34,847 bases of DNA, taken from positions 1 to 34,847 of IMG/VR virus record IMGVR_UViG_3300025398_000053; one strand, 5' to 3'. The notes under the pieces are model-generated. The model did no database searches, had not been told where the DNA came from, and saw only the letters and a program-made list of their open reading frames with translations. The stretch is from a virus. Lineage: Duplodnaviria > Caudoviricetes. This document shows, one piece after another, positions 6,699 to 14,940 of this stretch; positions within the stretch are counted from its first letter, which is position 1; every line of letters begins with the position of its first letter. Both the position numbers and the translations under genes were made by a program.

Positions 6699-7651
6699 AC
6701 TGAGTGGATCTTGCCTCTAAACTCAACTTCATCCTCGCCCCACACTCGTACCATTTCAGGCTGTAATAATTTGCTACGCTCAAAGGTCAGCATTACAAAG
6801 CCACTATTCCAATCTTTAGGCGTATCTTCTGTGTAGTTAAACTGTGGGCCATTAGGATCGCTTAGAGTGCCTGTTTGAACGCCATAGCGAGTGCCGTTAT
6901 AATCGTTAAAGGGGATGCTAGATAAAACGTGAGTATGCCCTGTAATCATGTTTACGCCTGAATTGACAGCATTGTTTCTACCACCAGTCCATCCACCTTT
7001 CCACCGATGCTTGATACAAGTGTCCTCATTGATCCAAACAGACCAACAAGGTTGCCACATAGGAAAATACTCTTTTAAAGAAGTCCCAGGCACGCCTTCA
7101 AAAGCAGGAAGAAAGTTAACCACATTGCTAGTAAAACGCATATCGTGATTCCCAAGCGGCCAGAATAATTTTGCACCTTTGCCTACCTTTTCAATTTCAC
7201 CTAAATAATGTTGACAAGCCTCAAGTTCTTCTTTGACAGATGGCAACTTGTCGAAATCCATCCTAGGATGGCGACTGATCCCGGCCCCGTCGAAAGCGTC
7301 TCCGTTACAAATAATAGCTGTAGGCTTAAACTCTTTAATTGATTCTAATAGAGCTTTATAGGCGGTAGTCGTAATATCGGGCCAAAAGTGTGCATCGCTA
7401 AAAACAATGACTCTACCTTGTTCTAAATCAAACCCTCTGCGAGTATGACCTTCTGCTTGCATTACTTTGCTAATAGGTATTCTTGCGTCATTGAAAGTAG
7501 GCAATTCAATGCCTAAGCGACTTTCTATTGATCTTCTGCGGTTATATACTGCCCGAATGTTTAATTTATGTTTTTTTGCAAATCTTGCGGGGCTTCCTAT
7601 TGCTTTCCACTCTGCTATCCATTGTTCATCCGTAAGATAATAACCTGACAT
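6695..7651 (-). CDS. calcineurin-like metallophosphoesterase with N-terminal HTH-like segment
   Basis: Full motif set SDAH, GDAFD, GNHD, KH and GHTH. Confidence 0.85.
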   Translation of the reverse strand: MSGYYLTDEQWIAEWKAIGSPARFAKKHKLNIRAVYNRRRSIESRLGIELPTFNDARIPISKVMQAEGHTRRGFDLEQGRVIVFSDAHFWPDITTTAYKALLESIKEFKPTAIICNGDAFDGAGISRHPRMDFDKLPSVKEELEACQHYLGEIEKVGKGAKLFWPLGNHDMRFTSNVVNFLPAFEGVPGTSLKEYFPMWQPCWSVWINEDTCIKHRWKGGWTGGRNNAVNSGVNMITGHTHVLSSIPFNDYNGTRYGVQTGTLSDPNGPQFNYTEDTPKDWNSGFVMLTFERSKLLQPEMVRVWGEDEVEFRGKIHSV

Positions 7652-7708
7652 TTTTGCCCCTATTGGTGTAAAGTGTTTAGATACTAACCTCTAATTTATT
7701 ACAATTCA

Positions 7709-7993
7709 ATGACTTATGCTAAAAGGGTTGATTCAAATCATTCGCTTATCGTTAAGACGCTACGAGAGCTTGGCTGTTCTGTATTTGATACGTCAAGGGT
7801 TGCTGGCGGATTCCCTGATCTTGTGGTGGGTAAAAACCAAAAGACCGCACTTGTTGAAATAAAAGCATCTGATAAGTCTAAATTTACAGCAGCGCAAGAA
7901 GCGTTTATGTTAAATTGGCGTGGTTCAACAGTAGCTAGAATTCAAGATGTAGAAGGTGCAATAACTCTAGTAAAATTACTTGAAAAATCGTAA
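7709..7993 (+). CDS. VRR-NUC-type nuclease / Holliday junction resolvase
   Basis: KRVDSN...GFPDLVVG...LVEIK...Q..F...W.G. Confidence 0.8.
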   Translation: MTYAKRVDSNHSLIVKTLRELGCSVFDTSRVAGGFPDLVVGKNQKTALVEIKASDKSKFTAAQEAFMLNWRGSTVARIQDVEGAITLVKLLEKS

Positions 7994-8007
7994 AATAGTA
8001 TTATTAT
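7980..8007 (+). promoter_or_regulatory. possible promoter of the late region
   Basis: TTGAAA, 16-nt spacer, TATTAT. Confidence 0.35.
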
Positions 8008-8042
8008 TTGTAGTGTATCAACCCCATCTCAAAGGATAAATC

Positions 8043-8312
8043 ATGGGAATTATGGATAGCATGAAGGGCGTACCTTCAACAACTGGCGCAAAAGCACCTG
8101 CTGGCGCAGCGAAAGCTGACATGAGCGCAGAGCGCAAAGTCAAGCTGGTTGGAGGAGTTGGCATGGGTCGCATGGATGCAATGGGTTCACGCCCAATGAG
8201 CCACGCTGGCAATTTTGAAGGCAAGCTCGGTGAATTGAATGACGGCAATATGGGTGAGCGTGAGTGCTACAGCCATAAGCGTGTCGGTCACGACCAAGAC
8301 GATTGCAAATAA
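8043..8312 (+). CDS. hypothetical Gly/Met-rich protein
   Basis: 89 aa ORF with an AAAGGA SD. Confidence 0.7.
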   Translation: MGIMDSMKGVPSTTGAKAPAGAAKADMSAERKVKLVGGVGMGRMDAMGSRPMSHAGNFEGKLGELNDGNMGERECYSHKRVGHDQDDCK

Positions 8313-8314
8313 GC

Positions 8315-8352
8315 TAAACCCCATAGCTCTCGGTAAAGGGCTACAGGGTTTA
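8315..8352 (+). other. intergenic stem-loop
   Basis: TAAACCC..TAGCTCT-loop-AGGGCTA..GGGTTTA. Confidence 0.5.
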
Positions 8353-8379
8353 TAACCAAAGCAATAGGGTAATATTGAA

Positions 8380-8697
8380 ATGGCTGATGAAATTGTATCA
8401 TTTAGACCTCTGGCGGATAAGATCATTGTCCGACCAGATGTTCGTGTTTTAAGCTCTGTATTAATTGTTAATAACAAAGAAGCTGAGAACATGGGAACTG
8501 TTGTTGCTGTAGGGCCTGGCAAGAAATTGTCATCCGAAAGACGTGAAGCTATGCCGATTGCTGTAGGGCAACGAGTACGTTTTGGCACTATGAACGACAA
8601 TCCCAAAGAGGAGTATCTTAAGTTCACACCGATTAACCATAATGGTGAAAAGTGTCTTTTAATGAGCTGGCAGGACATCTGCTGGACAGAAGGGTAA
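8380..8697 (+). CDS. groES: co-chaperonin GroES/Cpn10 homologue
   Basis: FRPLADKIIVRP, GTVVAVGPGK, VGQRVRF and LLMSWQDI all match Cpn10. Confidence 0.9.
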   Translation: MADEIVSFRPLADKIIVRPDVRVLSSVLIVNNKEAENMGTVVAVGPGKKLSSERREAMPIAVGQRVRFGTMNDNPKEEYLKFTPINHNGEKCLLMSWQDICWTEG

Positions 8698-8699
8698 AT

Positions 8700-8867
8700 A
8701 TGGCAACTAAACCTGGTCTTTATGCAAACATCCACGCTAAACAAGAGCGCATTAAGCGTGAAAAAGCAGAGGGTAAACCCGTAGAGAAAATGCGTAAAGT
8801 AGGAGCTAAAGGCGCACCTACCAAACAAGCATTTATTGATTCTGCCAAGACTGCAAAGAAAAAATAA
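8700..8867 (+). CDS. small basic phage protein
   Basis: Start re-assigned to MATKPGLYANIHAKQ; Lys-rich. Confidence 0.75.
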   Translation: MATKPGLYANIHAKQERIKREKAEGKPVEKMRKVGAKGAPTKQAFIDSAKTAKKK

Positions 8868-9142
8868 TGGCTACCAAACACGATAAGCCTATCCCGCATA
8901 AAACCACAGGTAAAGGCAAGACCTACAATCCTACCGACAAAGGCGCAGGAATGACTGCAAAAGGTCGTGCTGAATACAATGCCAAGAATGGTAGCAATCT
9001 CAAAGCTCCTGCACCAAATCCAAAGACTGAGAAAGATAAGGGTCGTAAGGCATCATTTTGTGCAAGGATGGAAGGCGTAGTAAAGAAAGCAAAAGGCCCA
9101 GCAGAACGGGCTAAAGCTAGTTTAAAAAACTGGAATTGTTAA
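8867..9142 (+). CDS. small basic phage protein (DUF6321-like)
   Basis: GMTAKGRA.YN...SNLKAP...RKASFCARM...W.C. Confidence 0.75.
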   Translation: MATKHDKPIPHKTTGKGKTYNPTDKGAGMTAKGRAEYNAKNGSNLKAPAPNPKTEKDKGRKASFCARMEGVVKKAKGPAERAKASLKNWNC

Positions 9143-9158
9143 ACCTAAAGGGGGAAGT

Positions 9159-9464
9159 ATGTTTGATCGCATTATTGATTGGTTAAGTAAAGTCATTGGC
9201 CCAAAGCCCAAGCCATCTAATCAATGGCATTTTCCTATTACTGAGGACTTTGAGCCACGCAAAGCAGAAATTAAAGCAAAACCCGCCTTGAAAAAGGCAA
9301 CAACCCGAAAGGAAAAGACTGTGCCACTAAAAAAATCTGCAAGCCCAAAGGCTTTTAAAGAGAATATTAAGACTGAAGTTAAAGCTGGTAAACCAGTAAA
9401 GCAAGCTGTCGCTATTGCATACGCTGAGAAGAATGCTGCTAAAGCAAAGGCTAAAAAGAAATGA
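9159..9464 (+). CDS. basic hypothetical protein, possible internal start at 9321
   Basis: AAGGGGGA SD. An in-frame GTG at 9321 has its own AAAGGA SD and would give PLKK...KQAVAIAY. Confidence 0.7.
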   Translation: MFDRIIDWLSKVIGPKPKPSNQWHFPITEDFEPRKAEIKAKPALKKATTRKEKTVPLKKSASPKAFKENIKTEVKAGKPVKQAVAIAYAEKNAAKAKAKKK

Positions 9465-9649
9465 TTAATCTCAATTTAGAAATCGCAGAAGTAGAGGCAA
9501 TCCTTAAACACGTGGGTAACGCTGCTTATGCAGAAGTAGCTGGATTGATCGCTAAGATTCATGGACAGGCTACAGCACAAGTCCAAGCTATCAAACAGAC
9601 AAACGTTGCAGAAATACAACAATCTGATGACAGCCAAAGTGTTGCGTAA
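9461..9649 (+). CDS. hypothetical protein
   Basis: 62 aa ORF with an ATGA overlap. Confidence 0.7.
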   Translation: MINLNLEIAEVEAILKHVGNAAYAEVAGLIAKIHGQATAQVQAIKQTNVAEIQQSDDSQSVA

Positions 9650-9657
9650 ATACAACA
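9640..9657. promoter_or_regulatory. TGTTG-N8-CAACA operator-like palindrome
   Basis: TGTTG cgtaaata CAACA, followed by TATAAT (9667-9672) just before the terS ATG. Confidence 0.6.
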
Positions 9658-9680
9658 AAAAGTATTTATAATTCAAAGAA

Positions 9681-9974
9681 ATGGAAGAAAAGTCAAATAA
9701 TCCTGTCGGTGCGCCTATTGGTAACAAGAACGCAACAAAGAATAAGCCTTTTTTAGATGCTATGAGAAGGGCTTTAGCTCAAAATCCACAGAAGATTGGC
9801 AGGATTGTTGACAAGATATTAGATCAAGCAGAAGCAGGGGAAGCATGGGCTGTTAAGGAAGTCGCTGATCGTTTAGATGGCAAGGCAGTTCAGGCTAATA
9901 CTCTTGAAGATGCAGAAGGCAACAATATCGTTACTTCATTAGAAGTCAGGTTTGTAAAGCCAAGTGAAACTTGA
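9681..9974 (+). CDS. terminase small subunit (putative)
   Basis: GAPIGNKNA N-terminus and AVKEVADRLDGK, positioned upstream of terL. Confidence 0.7.
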   Translation: MEEKSNNPVGAPIGNKNATKNKPFLDAMRRALAQNPQKIGRIVDKILDQAEAGEAWAVKEVADRLDGKAVQANTLEDAEGNNIVTSLEVRFVKPSET

Positions 9975-10482
9975 TATTGTCGCTGGTAGTCAGAATGACG
10001 AGTTCTATACGCCTGGCTATGCGATAGAGCCATTATTCCAATACATCAAGCCTAATAGTCGTATTTGGTGTCCTTTTGATACAGAGCAAAGTTTATTTGT
10101 GACTATGCTGACAAAACAGGGCCATCAAATAATACATAGCCATTTACAAAACGGGCAAGATTTCTTTGCTATGCAACCAGTAGACTGTGACTACATTATT
10201 TCAAATCCGCCTTATTCTTTGAAATACGAGGTTTTTAATAGATTGTTTGAAATCGGCAAGCCATTTGCTATGTTGGTTGGAGTGGTAGGGTTATTTGAAA
10301 GCCAAAAACGATTCAATATGTTTAAAGATAATAATTTTGAGATTATGTATTTCAATAAAAGAATTAGTTACTTTAAAAGCTATGAAGATCAAAAACCTTC
10401 ATTAAATCCCCCATTTTCCTCAGTTTACGTAGCCAAAGATATGTTCCCAAAGCAGATAAACTTTGAAACAATCAATAAATGA
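9964..10482 (+). CDS. DNA amino-(N6-adenine) methyltransferase-like protein
   Basis: DEFYTP, IWCPFD, GQDFF and the catalytic motif IISNPPYS. Confidence 0.75.
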   Translation: MKLDIVAGSQNDEFYTPGYAIEPLFQYIKPNSRIWCPFDTEQSLFVTMLTKQGHQIIHSHLQNGQDFFAMQPVDCDYIISNPPYSLKYEVFNRLFEIGKPFAMLVGVVGLFESQKRFNMFKDNNFEIMYFNKRISYFKSYEDQKPSLNPPFSSVYVAKDMFPKQINFETINK

Positions 10483-11768
10483 ATGAAATCACCCAAGAAC
10501 TGCGGGAGGCAATATCTGCGGTTGACTTCCCTATCAAGCTGCAATTTCTCTTTGAGCCTATGCGTTACAAGGTTCTTTATGGGGGTCGTGGTGGGGCTAA
10601 GTCTTGGGGTGTTGCGAGGGCTTTATTGGTTCTTGGTGTCAAAAAGCCAACCAGAGTCTTATGCGCCCGTGAGTTCCAAAACTCTATAGGCCAATCCGTT
10701 CACAAGCTCTTATCGGATCAAATCATTGCATTAAAGCTGGAGTCATTCTATGAGATTACGCAAAACTCAATCAGAGGTAAGAATGGGAGCGAGTTTGCTT
10801 TTGTCGGACTTAAGAACAATGTTGCCAATATCAAATCCTATGAGGGCGTGGATATATGTTGGGTCGAGGAGGCACAGAGCGTATCTAAAACATCATGGAA
10901 TGTTCTTATCCCCACAATTCGTAAAGAAAGCTCAGAAATATGGGTTACATTTAACCCAGAACTCCAGTCAGACGAAACATACCAAAGGTTTGTTCTTAAC
11001 CCACCAGACAATAGTAAAGTTGCGAAGATTAATTGGTCGGATAACCCGTGGTTTCCTGAAACACTCAGGTTAGAAAAAGATGCCCTTTTTAGCAGGGACA
11101 GAGAAGCCTACAACACAGTCTGGGAGGGCCTATGCCGTCAAACAGTAGATGGTGCTATTTTTGCTAAAGAAATGACAATGGCGGAGCTAGAAGGGCGCAT
11201 AACCAATGTGCCTTACGATCCTATCAAACCCGTTCATTTTGTGTTTGATCTTGGGTGGGCCGATCAAACTGCATTCTGGGCTGTGCAATGGATTGGAATG
11301 GAAACAAGGCTAATCCGCTATTACGAGAACAATCAGCAGACTATTGCTCATTATTTAGCTAAAATTCAATCCTATGGATACGTTGTTGACACCATTTGGC
11401 TACCTCATGATGCTGGAAACAAGACTTTGGCCTCAAACGGCAAGAGTATTGAAGAAATCGTTAGAGCTTCAGGGTATAACACTAGAGTTATTGAGCGAAC
11501 ACCAATCGCTGATTCTATTAATGCTGCCCGAATGATGTTTAACAAGTGCTGGTTTGATAAGACCAACACGCATGAAGGACTGCAATGTCTGCGCCACTAC
11601 CGCTATGACGTAGATCCTGACACTAAGCAATTTAGCCAAAAACCCCTGCATGACAATTACAGCCACGGAGCAGATGCTTTCCGTTACATTGGTTTAATGG
11701 TAAATGAGCCTAGAAAAGCACCTAAACAAAAGGCTACTTATCAACTGCCGTCAAGCTGGATGGGCTAG
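10479..11768 (+). CDS. terL: terminase large subunit (PBSX-type)
   Basis: Walker A GGRGGAKS, Walker B CWVEEA, TFNP, and nuclease motifs FDLG and SHGADAFRY. Confidence 0.95.
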   Translation: MNEITQELREAISAVDFPIKLQFLFEPMRYKVLYGGRGGAKSWGVARALLVLGVKKPTRVLCAREFQNSIGQSVHKLLSDQIIALKLESFYEITQNSIRGKNGSEFAFVGLKNNVANIKSYEGVDICWVEEAQSVSKTSWNVLIPTIRKESSEIWVTFNPELQSDETYQRFVLNPPDNSKVAKINWSDNPWFPETLRLEKDALFSRDREAYNTVWEGLCRQTVDGAIFAKEMTMAELEGRITNVPYDPIKPVHFVFDLGWADQTAFWAVQWIGMETRLIRYYENNQQTIAHYLAKIQSYGYVVDTIWLPHDAGNKTLASNGKSIEEIVRASGYNTRVIERTPIADSINAARMMFNKCWFDKTNTHEGLQCLRHYRYDVDPDTKQFSQKPLHDNYSHGADAFRYIGLMVNEPRKAPKQKATYQLPSSWMG

Positions 11769-11772
11769 AATA

Positions 11773-11803
11773 TGTTGTGCAAATACTACACTTGGCTTAA
11801 AAT
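11773..11803 (+). promoter_or_regulatory. promoter with overlapping TGTTG-N8-C(T)ACA site upstream of portal
   Basis: TTGTGC, 17-nt spacer, TAAAAT. The palindrome at 11773-11790 overlaps the -35 element. Confidence 0.6.
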
Positions 11804-11826
11804 TAGCCGATAATTAAGGAATATCT

Positions 11827-13902
11827 ATGGCATACGATAGCGTTGCAGACTCCCAATCAGACGGCAGAATCCAAGAAGCTAAGGATTTTTTAAGACTTTG
11901 TAATGATTCGGATAGCAACAATCGTGCCGAAGCCCTCGATGACGTGAGATTTGCAGCAGGCGATCAATGGCCTGTAGATGTGCAAAACAGCCGTATTTTA
12001 GAAGCTCGCCCTTGCCTTACCATTAATAAGATTGATGCTTATGTGCGTCAAATCTGTAACCAACAAAGACAGCAACGCCCACGCATTAAAGTGCATGGTA
12101 TGAACAATGAGTCAGACGAGAAGGTTGCTGAAATTCTTACAGGCATCTGCCGTCATATTGAGAACCAATCCGATGCCGATGCAGCTTACGACCATGCTTT
12201 TGAGTATTGCGTCAAGATGGGTTGGGGCTATTGGCGTGTTACTACTGATTATGTAAGAGAGGACAGCTTTGACCAAGAAATCTACATTAGACCAGTTGAG
12301 AACCCTTTTACTGTCTATTTTGATCCTAATAGCGTGTTGCCAGATGGCTCTGATGCTGAGCGAGTTCTTATCACAACAGTTATCTCTAAAGACGTGTTCA
12401 AAACCATGTACCCAGATGCAGAAGTGGATCAAGGTTTCTCATCAAGAGGAACAGGCGATACAGAGAGCGAATGGGTCACAAAAGAAGATATACGTGTAGC
12501 TGAGTATTTCTACACAGAACGCATCAAAGATATGCTTTTAGAGCTATCTGATGGCACTACTGGCTACTCTACAGAAATCCCAAGCAAAGAAGTCTTAGCG
12601 CAGGCGGGTATTACTGTCATTGCTAAACGTGATGTATGGCGTAAAAAGATCAAATATTGCAAGCTAACGGCTATGCAAATCCTTGAAGAAGGTGAATGGG
12701 CGGGTAAATATATCCCAATCGTGCCTGTATTTGGTCAAGAAGTACGAGTTGACGATAAGCATAAGAAGTTTGGCTTAGTACGCATGGCAAAAGACCCACA
12801 GCGTATGTATAACTACTGGTCAACTGCTTTGACTGAAACTGTAGCTCTTGCTCCTAAAGCAAAATGGCTATTGGCAGAAGGTCAAGACGAAGGTCATGAG
12901 AACGAATGGGCTATGGCTAACATTAAAGCTATGCCTGTTTTGCGCTACAAACAGACAGATATTGAGGGCAGACCAGCTCCACAGCCTACAAGACTGCAAC
13001 CAGAGCCACCTCCTGCGGGCGTGATGTCTGCATTACAGAGTATGAATCAGGATTTACAGGCTGTAGTCGGTATTTTTGATCCTAGCCAGCTTCCACAAGG
13101 CTTACAGTCAGGCAAATCTATTAATGGTCAACAGATGCAAGCTGATATGACTAACTTCCATTATTACGACAATCTGACACGCAGTATCCGTCACACAGGT
13201 CGCATCATTCTTGATCTGATTCCTAAGATTTATGACAGAGAACGAGTCATGCGGATCATTGGCGATGATGGCAAGCCTGAGATTGTGACCTTAAATCAGC
13301 CTGGCTCTGATGAAAATGGCGTAGCTAAAGTCCTAAATGACGTTACTGTAGGCGAATATGACGTAGTAATGGATACAGGCCCTGGCTACAACTCCAAGCG
13401 TCAAGAAGCCGTAGATGCGATGACTAGCCTATTTGCTGCCGATCCTGCCCTAGTGCAGATTGCAGGCGATTTATATGTTCGTAATATGGATTTCCCTGGC
13501 TCAGACGTTATTGCTGACCGCTTGGCTGTAAACAACCCTCTTGCCCAAATTGATGAGAAGTCAGAAGTGCCACCACAGGCTCAGATGATGATTGCACAGG
13601 GCAAAAAGACTATTGAACAACTACAACAGCAAATTCAGATGATGCAGATGGATAGTAAATATCGTGCAAGCGTTCAAGAGCAAGTCCAACAGGCTGAAAC
13701 AGAGCGTGAGAAGATGCGCCTGCAAGTACGCAGAGAAGATACTCAGTTGCGTACCGATACGACAGCACATGACACAGTTATCAAGACTCAAACTCAGATT
13801 GAGATTGAGCAGATGAAAGCACAGTTGGCTTTGGTTTTAGCTCATATCAATAAAACGACTGAAAAATCAGCCGAAGCTGAAGCGATTGAACGAGCCATTT
13901 AG
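11827..13902 (+). CDS. portal protein, P22 gp1-like
   Basis: GDQW...RPCLTINK, YIPIVPVFG, GLVRMAKDPQRMYNY, TVGEYDV..DTGP.Y.SKRQE, and a C-terminal coiled coil; follows terL. Confidence 0.92.
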   Translation: MAYDSVADSQSDGRIQEAKDFLRLCNDSDSNNRAEALDDVRFAAGDQWPVDVQNSRILEARPCLTINKIDAYVRQICNQQRQQRPRIKVHGMNNESDEKVAEILTGICRHIENQSDADAAYDHAFEYCVKMGWGYWRVTTDYVREDSFDQEIYIRPVENPFTVYFDPNSVLPDGSDAERVLITTVISKDVFKTMYPDAEVDQGFSSRGTGDTESEWVTKEDIRVAEYFYTERIKDMLLELSDGTTGYSTEIPSKEVLAQAGITVIAKRDVWRKKIKYCKLTAMQILEEGEWAGKYIPIVPVFGQEVRVDDKHKKFGLVRMAKDPQRMYNYWSTALTETVALAPKAKWLLAEGQDEGHENEWAMANIKAMPVLRYKQTDIEGRPAPQPTRLQPEPPPAGVMSALQSMNQDLQAVVGIFDPSQLPQGLQSGKSINGQQMQADMTNFHYYDNLTRSIRHTGRIILDLIPKIYDRERVMRIIGDDGKPEIVTLNQPGSDENGVAKVLNDVTVGEYDVVMDTGPGYNSKRQEAVDAMTSLFAADPALVQIAGDLYVRNMDFPGSDVIADRLAVNNPLAQIDEKSEVPPQAQMMIAQGKKTIEQLQQQIQMMQMDSKYRASVQEQVQQAETEREKMRLQVRREDTQLRTDTTAHDTVIKTQTQIEIEQMKAQLALVLAHINKTTEKSAEAEAIERAI

Positions 13903-13933
13903 TGTTGTAAAAGCGCAACACTTATGATATAAA
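13903..13933 (+). promoter_or_regulatory. promoter with overlapping TGTTG-N8-CAACA site upstream of scaffold
   Basis: TTGTAA, 17-nt spacer, TGn-TATAAA. The palindrome extends to AGTGTTG-N8-CAACACT (13901-13922). Confidence 0.65.
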
Positions 13934-13986
13934 TGAATTTGTATTGCCTACCTGTGGGATCACAGGGTTAATTCTTGGAGTTATCC

Positions 13987-14910
13987 ATGTCAGAAGCAGA
14001 AGTAGTAAGAACCGCAGATAGTGTATTAACAAGTGAAAATTCAGCAGATTTTTATGCTAATAAACTTGGTTTAGCTAGTGAAGAAGCCCCTGCTGTGGCT
14101 GAAACAGTCGAGGAAACTCCTGAATCAGAGCCAGTAGTCGAGGCGCAAGCTGAGAGTGAACCAGAAGCAGAGAATGAAGCGGAAGTAACAGACAAGCCTA
14201 AACAAAATCCCAAACTTGAAAAGCGTTTTTCTGAGCTTACAAAACGTGCTAAACAAGCTGAAGCCGAAAAGCAAGCCTTAGAAGCCCGCCTACAAGAACT
14301 TGAGAGCAAAGTAGCACCAGCACCCCAACAAATTGAACAGGACATTTTGGGCGAGAAACCCCAAGCAAGTCAGTTTCAAGATGCTTTTGAATATGCAGAA
14401 GCATTAGCTGAATGGAGTGCGGAAAAAGCATTAGTAGAACGTGATAAGCAAGAACAGCAACGCAAAGTCGAAATTGAACGCCAAGAAGTTATTAAATCTT
14501 GGACTAGTAAATTAGAAAAAGCCAAAGCTGAATTGCCTGATTTTGATGAAATGGTGGCATCTAGCAAAGTCCAAGTACGAGATGAAGTACGGGATGCGAT
14601 CCTAGAGTCCGATGTAGGCCCTCAAATCCTATATCAATTAGCATCAGATGATGACCTTGCCCAACGTATCTCCTCTTTGCCAGTTAACAAAGCACTTAAG
14701 GAATTAGGGAAATTGGAAGTTCAGTTTGAGCGTAAAGAAGCCCCGGCTGAAGTCAAAAGCGAACCTGTTGCTCGTACTAAAGCACCAGCACCCATTAAGC
14801 CTCTCACCGCAGGCAAAGGTACAGGAGATGTTCTCATTGATGGAGATGGAGCATTTCATGGCACTTACGCCCAATGGAAAGCAGCACGACAGGCTAAACG
14901 GATACGCTGA
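13987..14910 (+). CDS. capsid scaffolding protein
   Basis: Acidic and coiled-coil, located between portal and coat, with KRFSELT and a basic C-terminus. ATG at 13987 follows GGAG. Confidence 0.8.
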   Translation: MSEAEVVRTADSVLTSENSADFYANKLGLASEEAPAVAETVEETPESEPVVEAQAESEPEAENEAEVTDKPKQNPKLEKRFSELTKRAKQAEAEKQALEARLQELESKVAPAPQQIEQDILGEKPQASQFQDAFEYAEALAEWSAEKALVERDKQEQQRKVEIERQEVIKSWTSKLEKAKAELPDFDEMVASSKVQVRDEVRDAILESDVGPQILYQLASDDDLAQRISSLPVNKALKELGKLEVQFERKEAPAEVKSEPVARTKAPAPIKPLTAGKGTGDVLIDGDGAFHGTYAQWKAARQAKRIR

Positions 14911-14940
14911 TAACCCAATTTATATTTAAAGGAAATAATC

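Noticed and set aside
8187-8828. 213-aa minus-strand ORF
   Set aside because: It lies antisense to groES and its neighbours, and has no recognisable motifs; treated as a shadow ORF.
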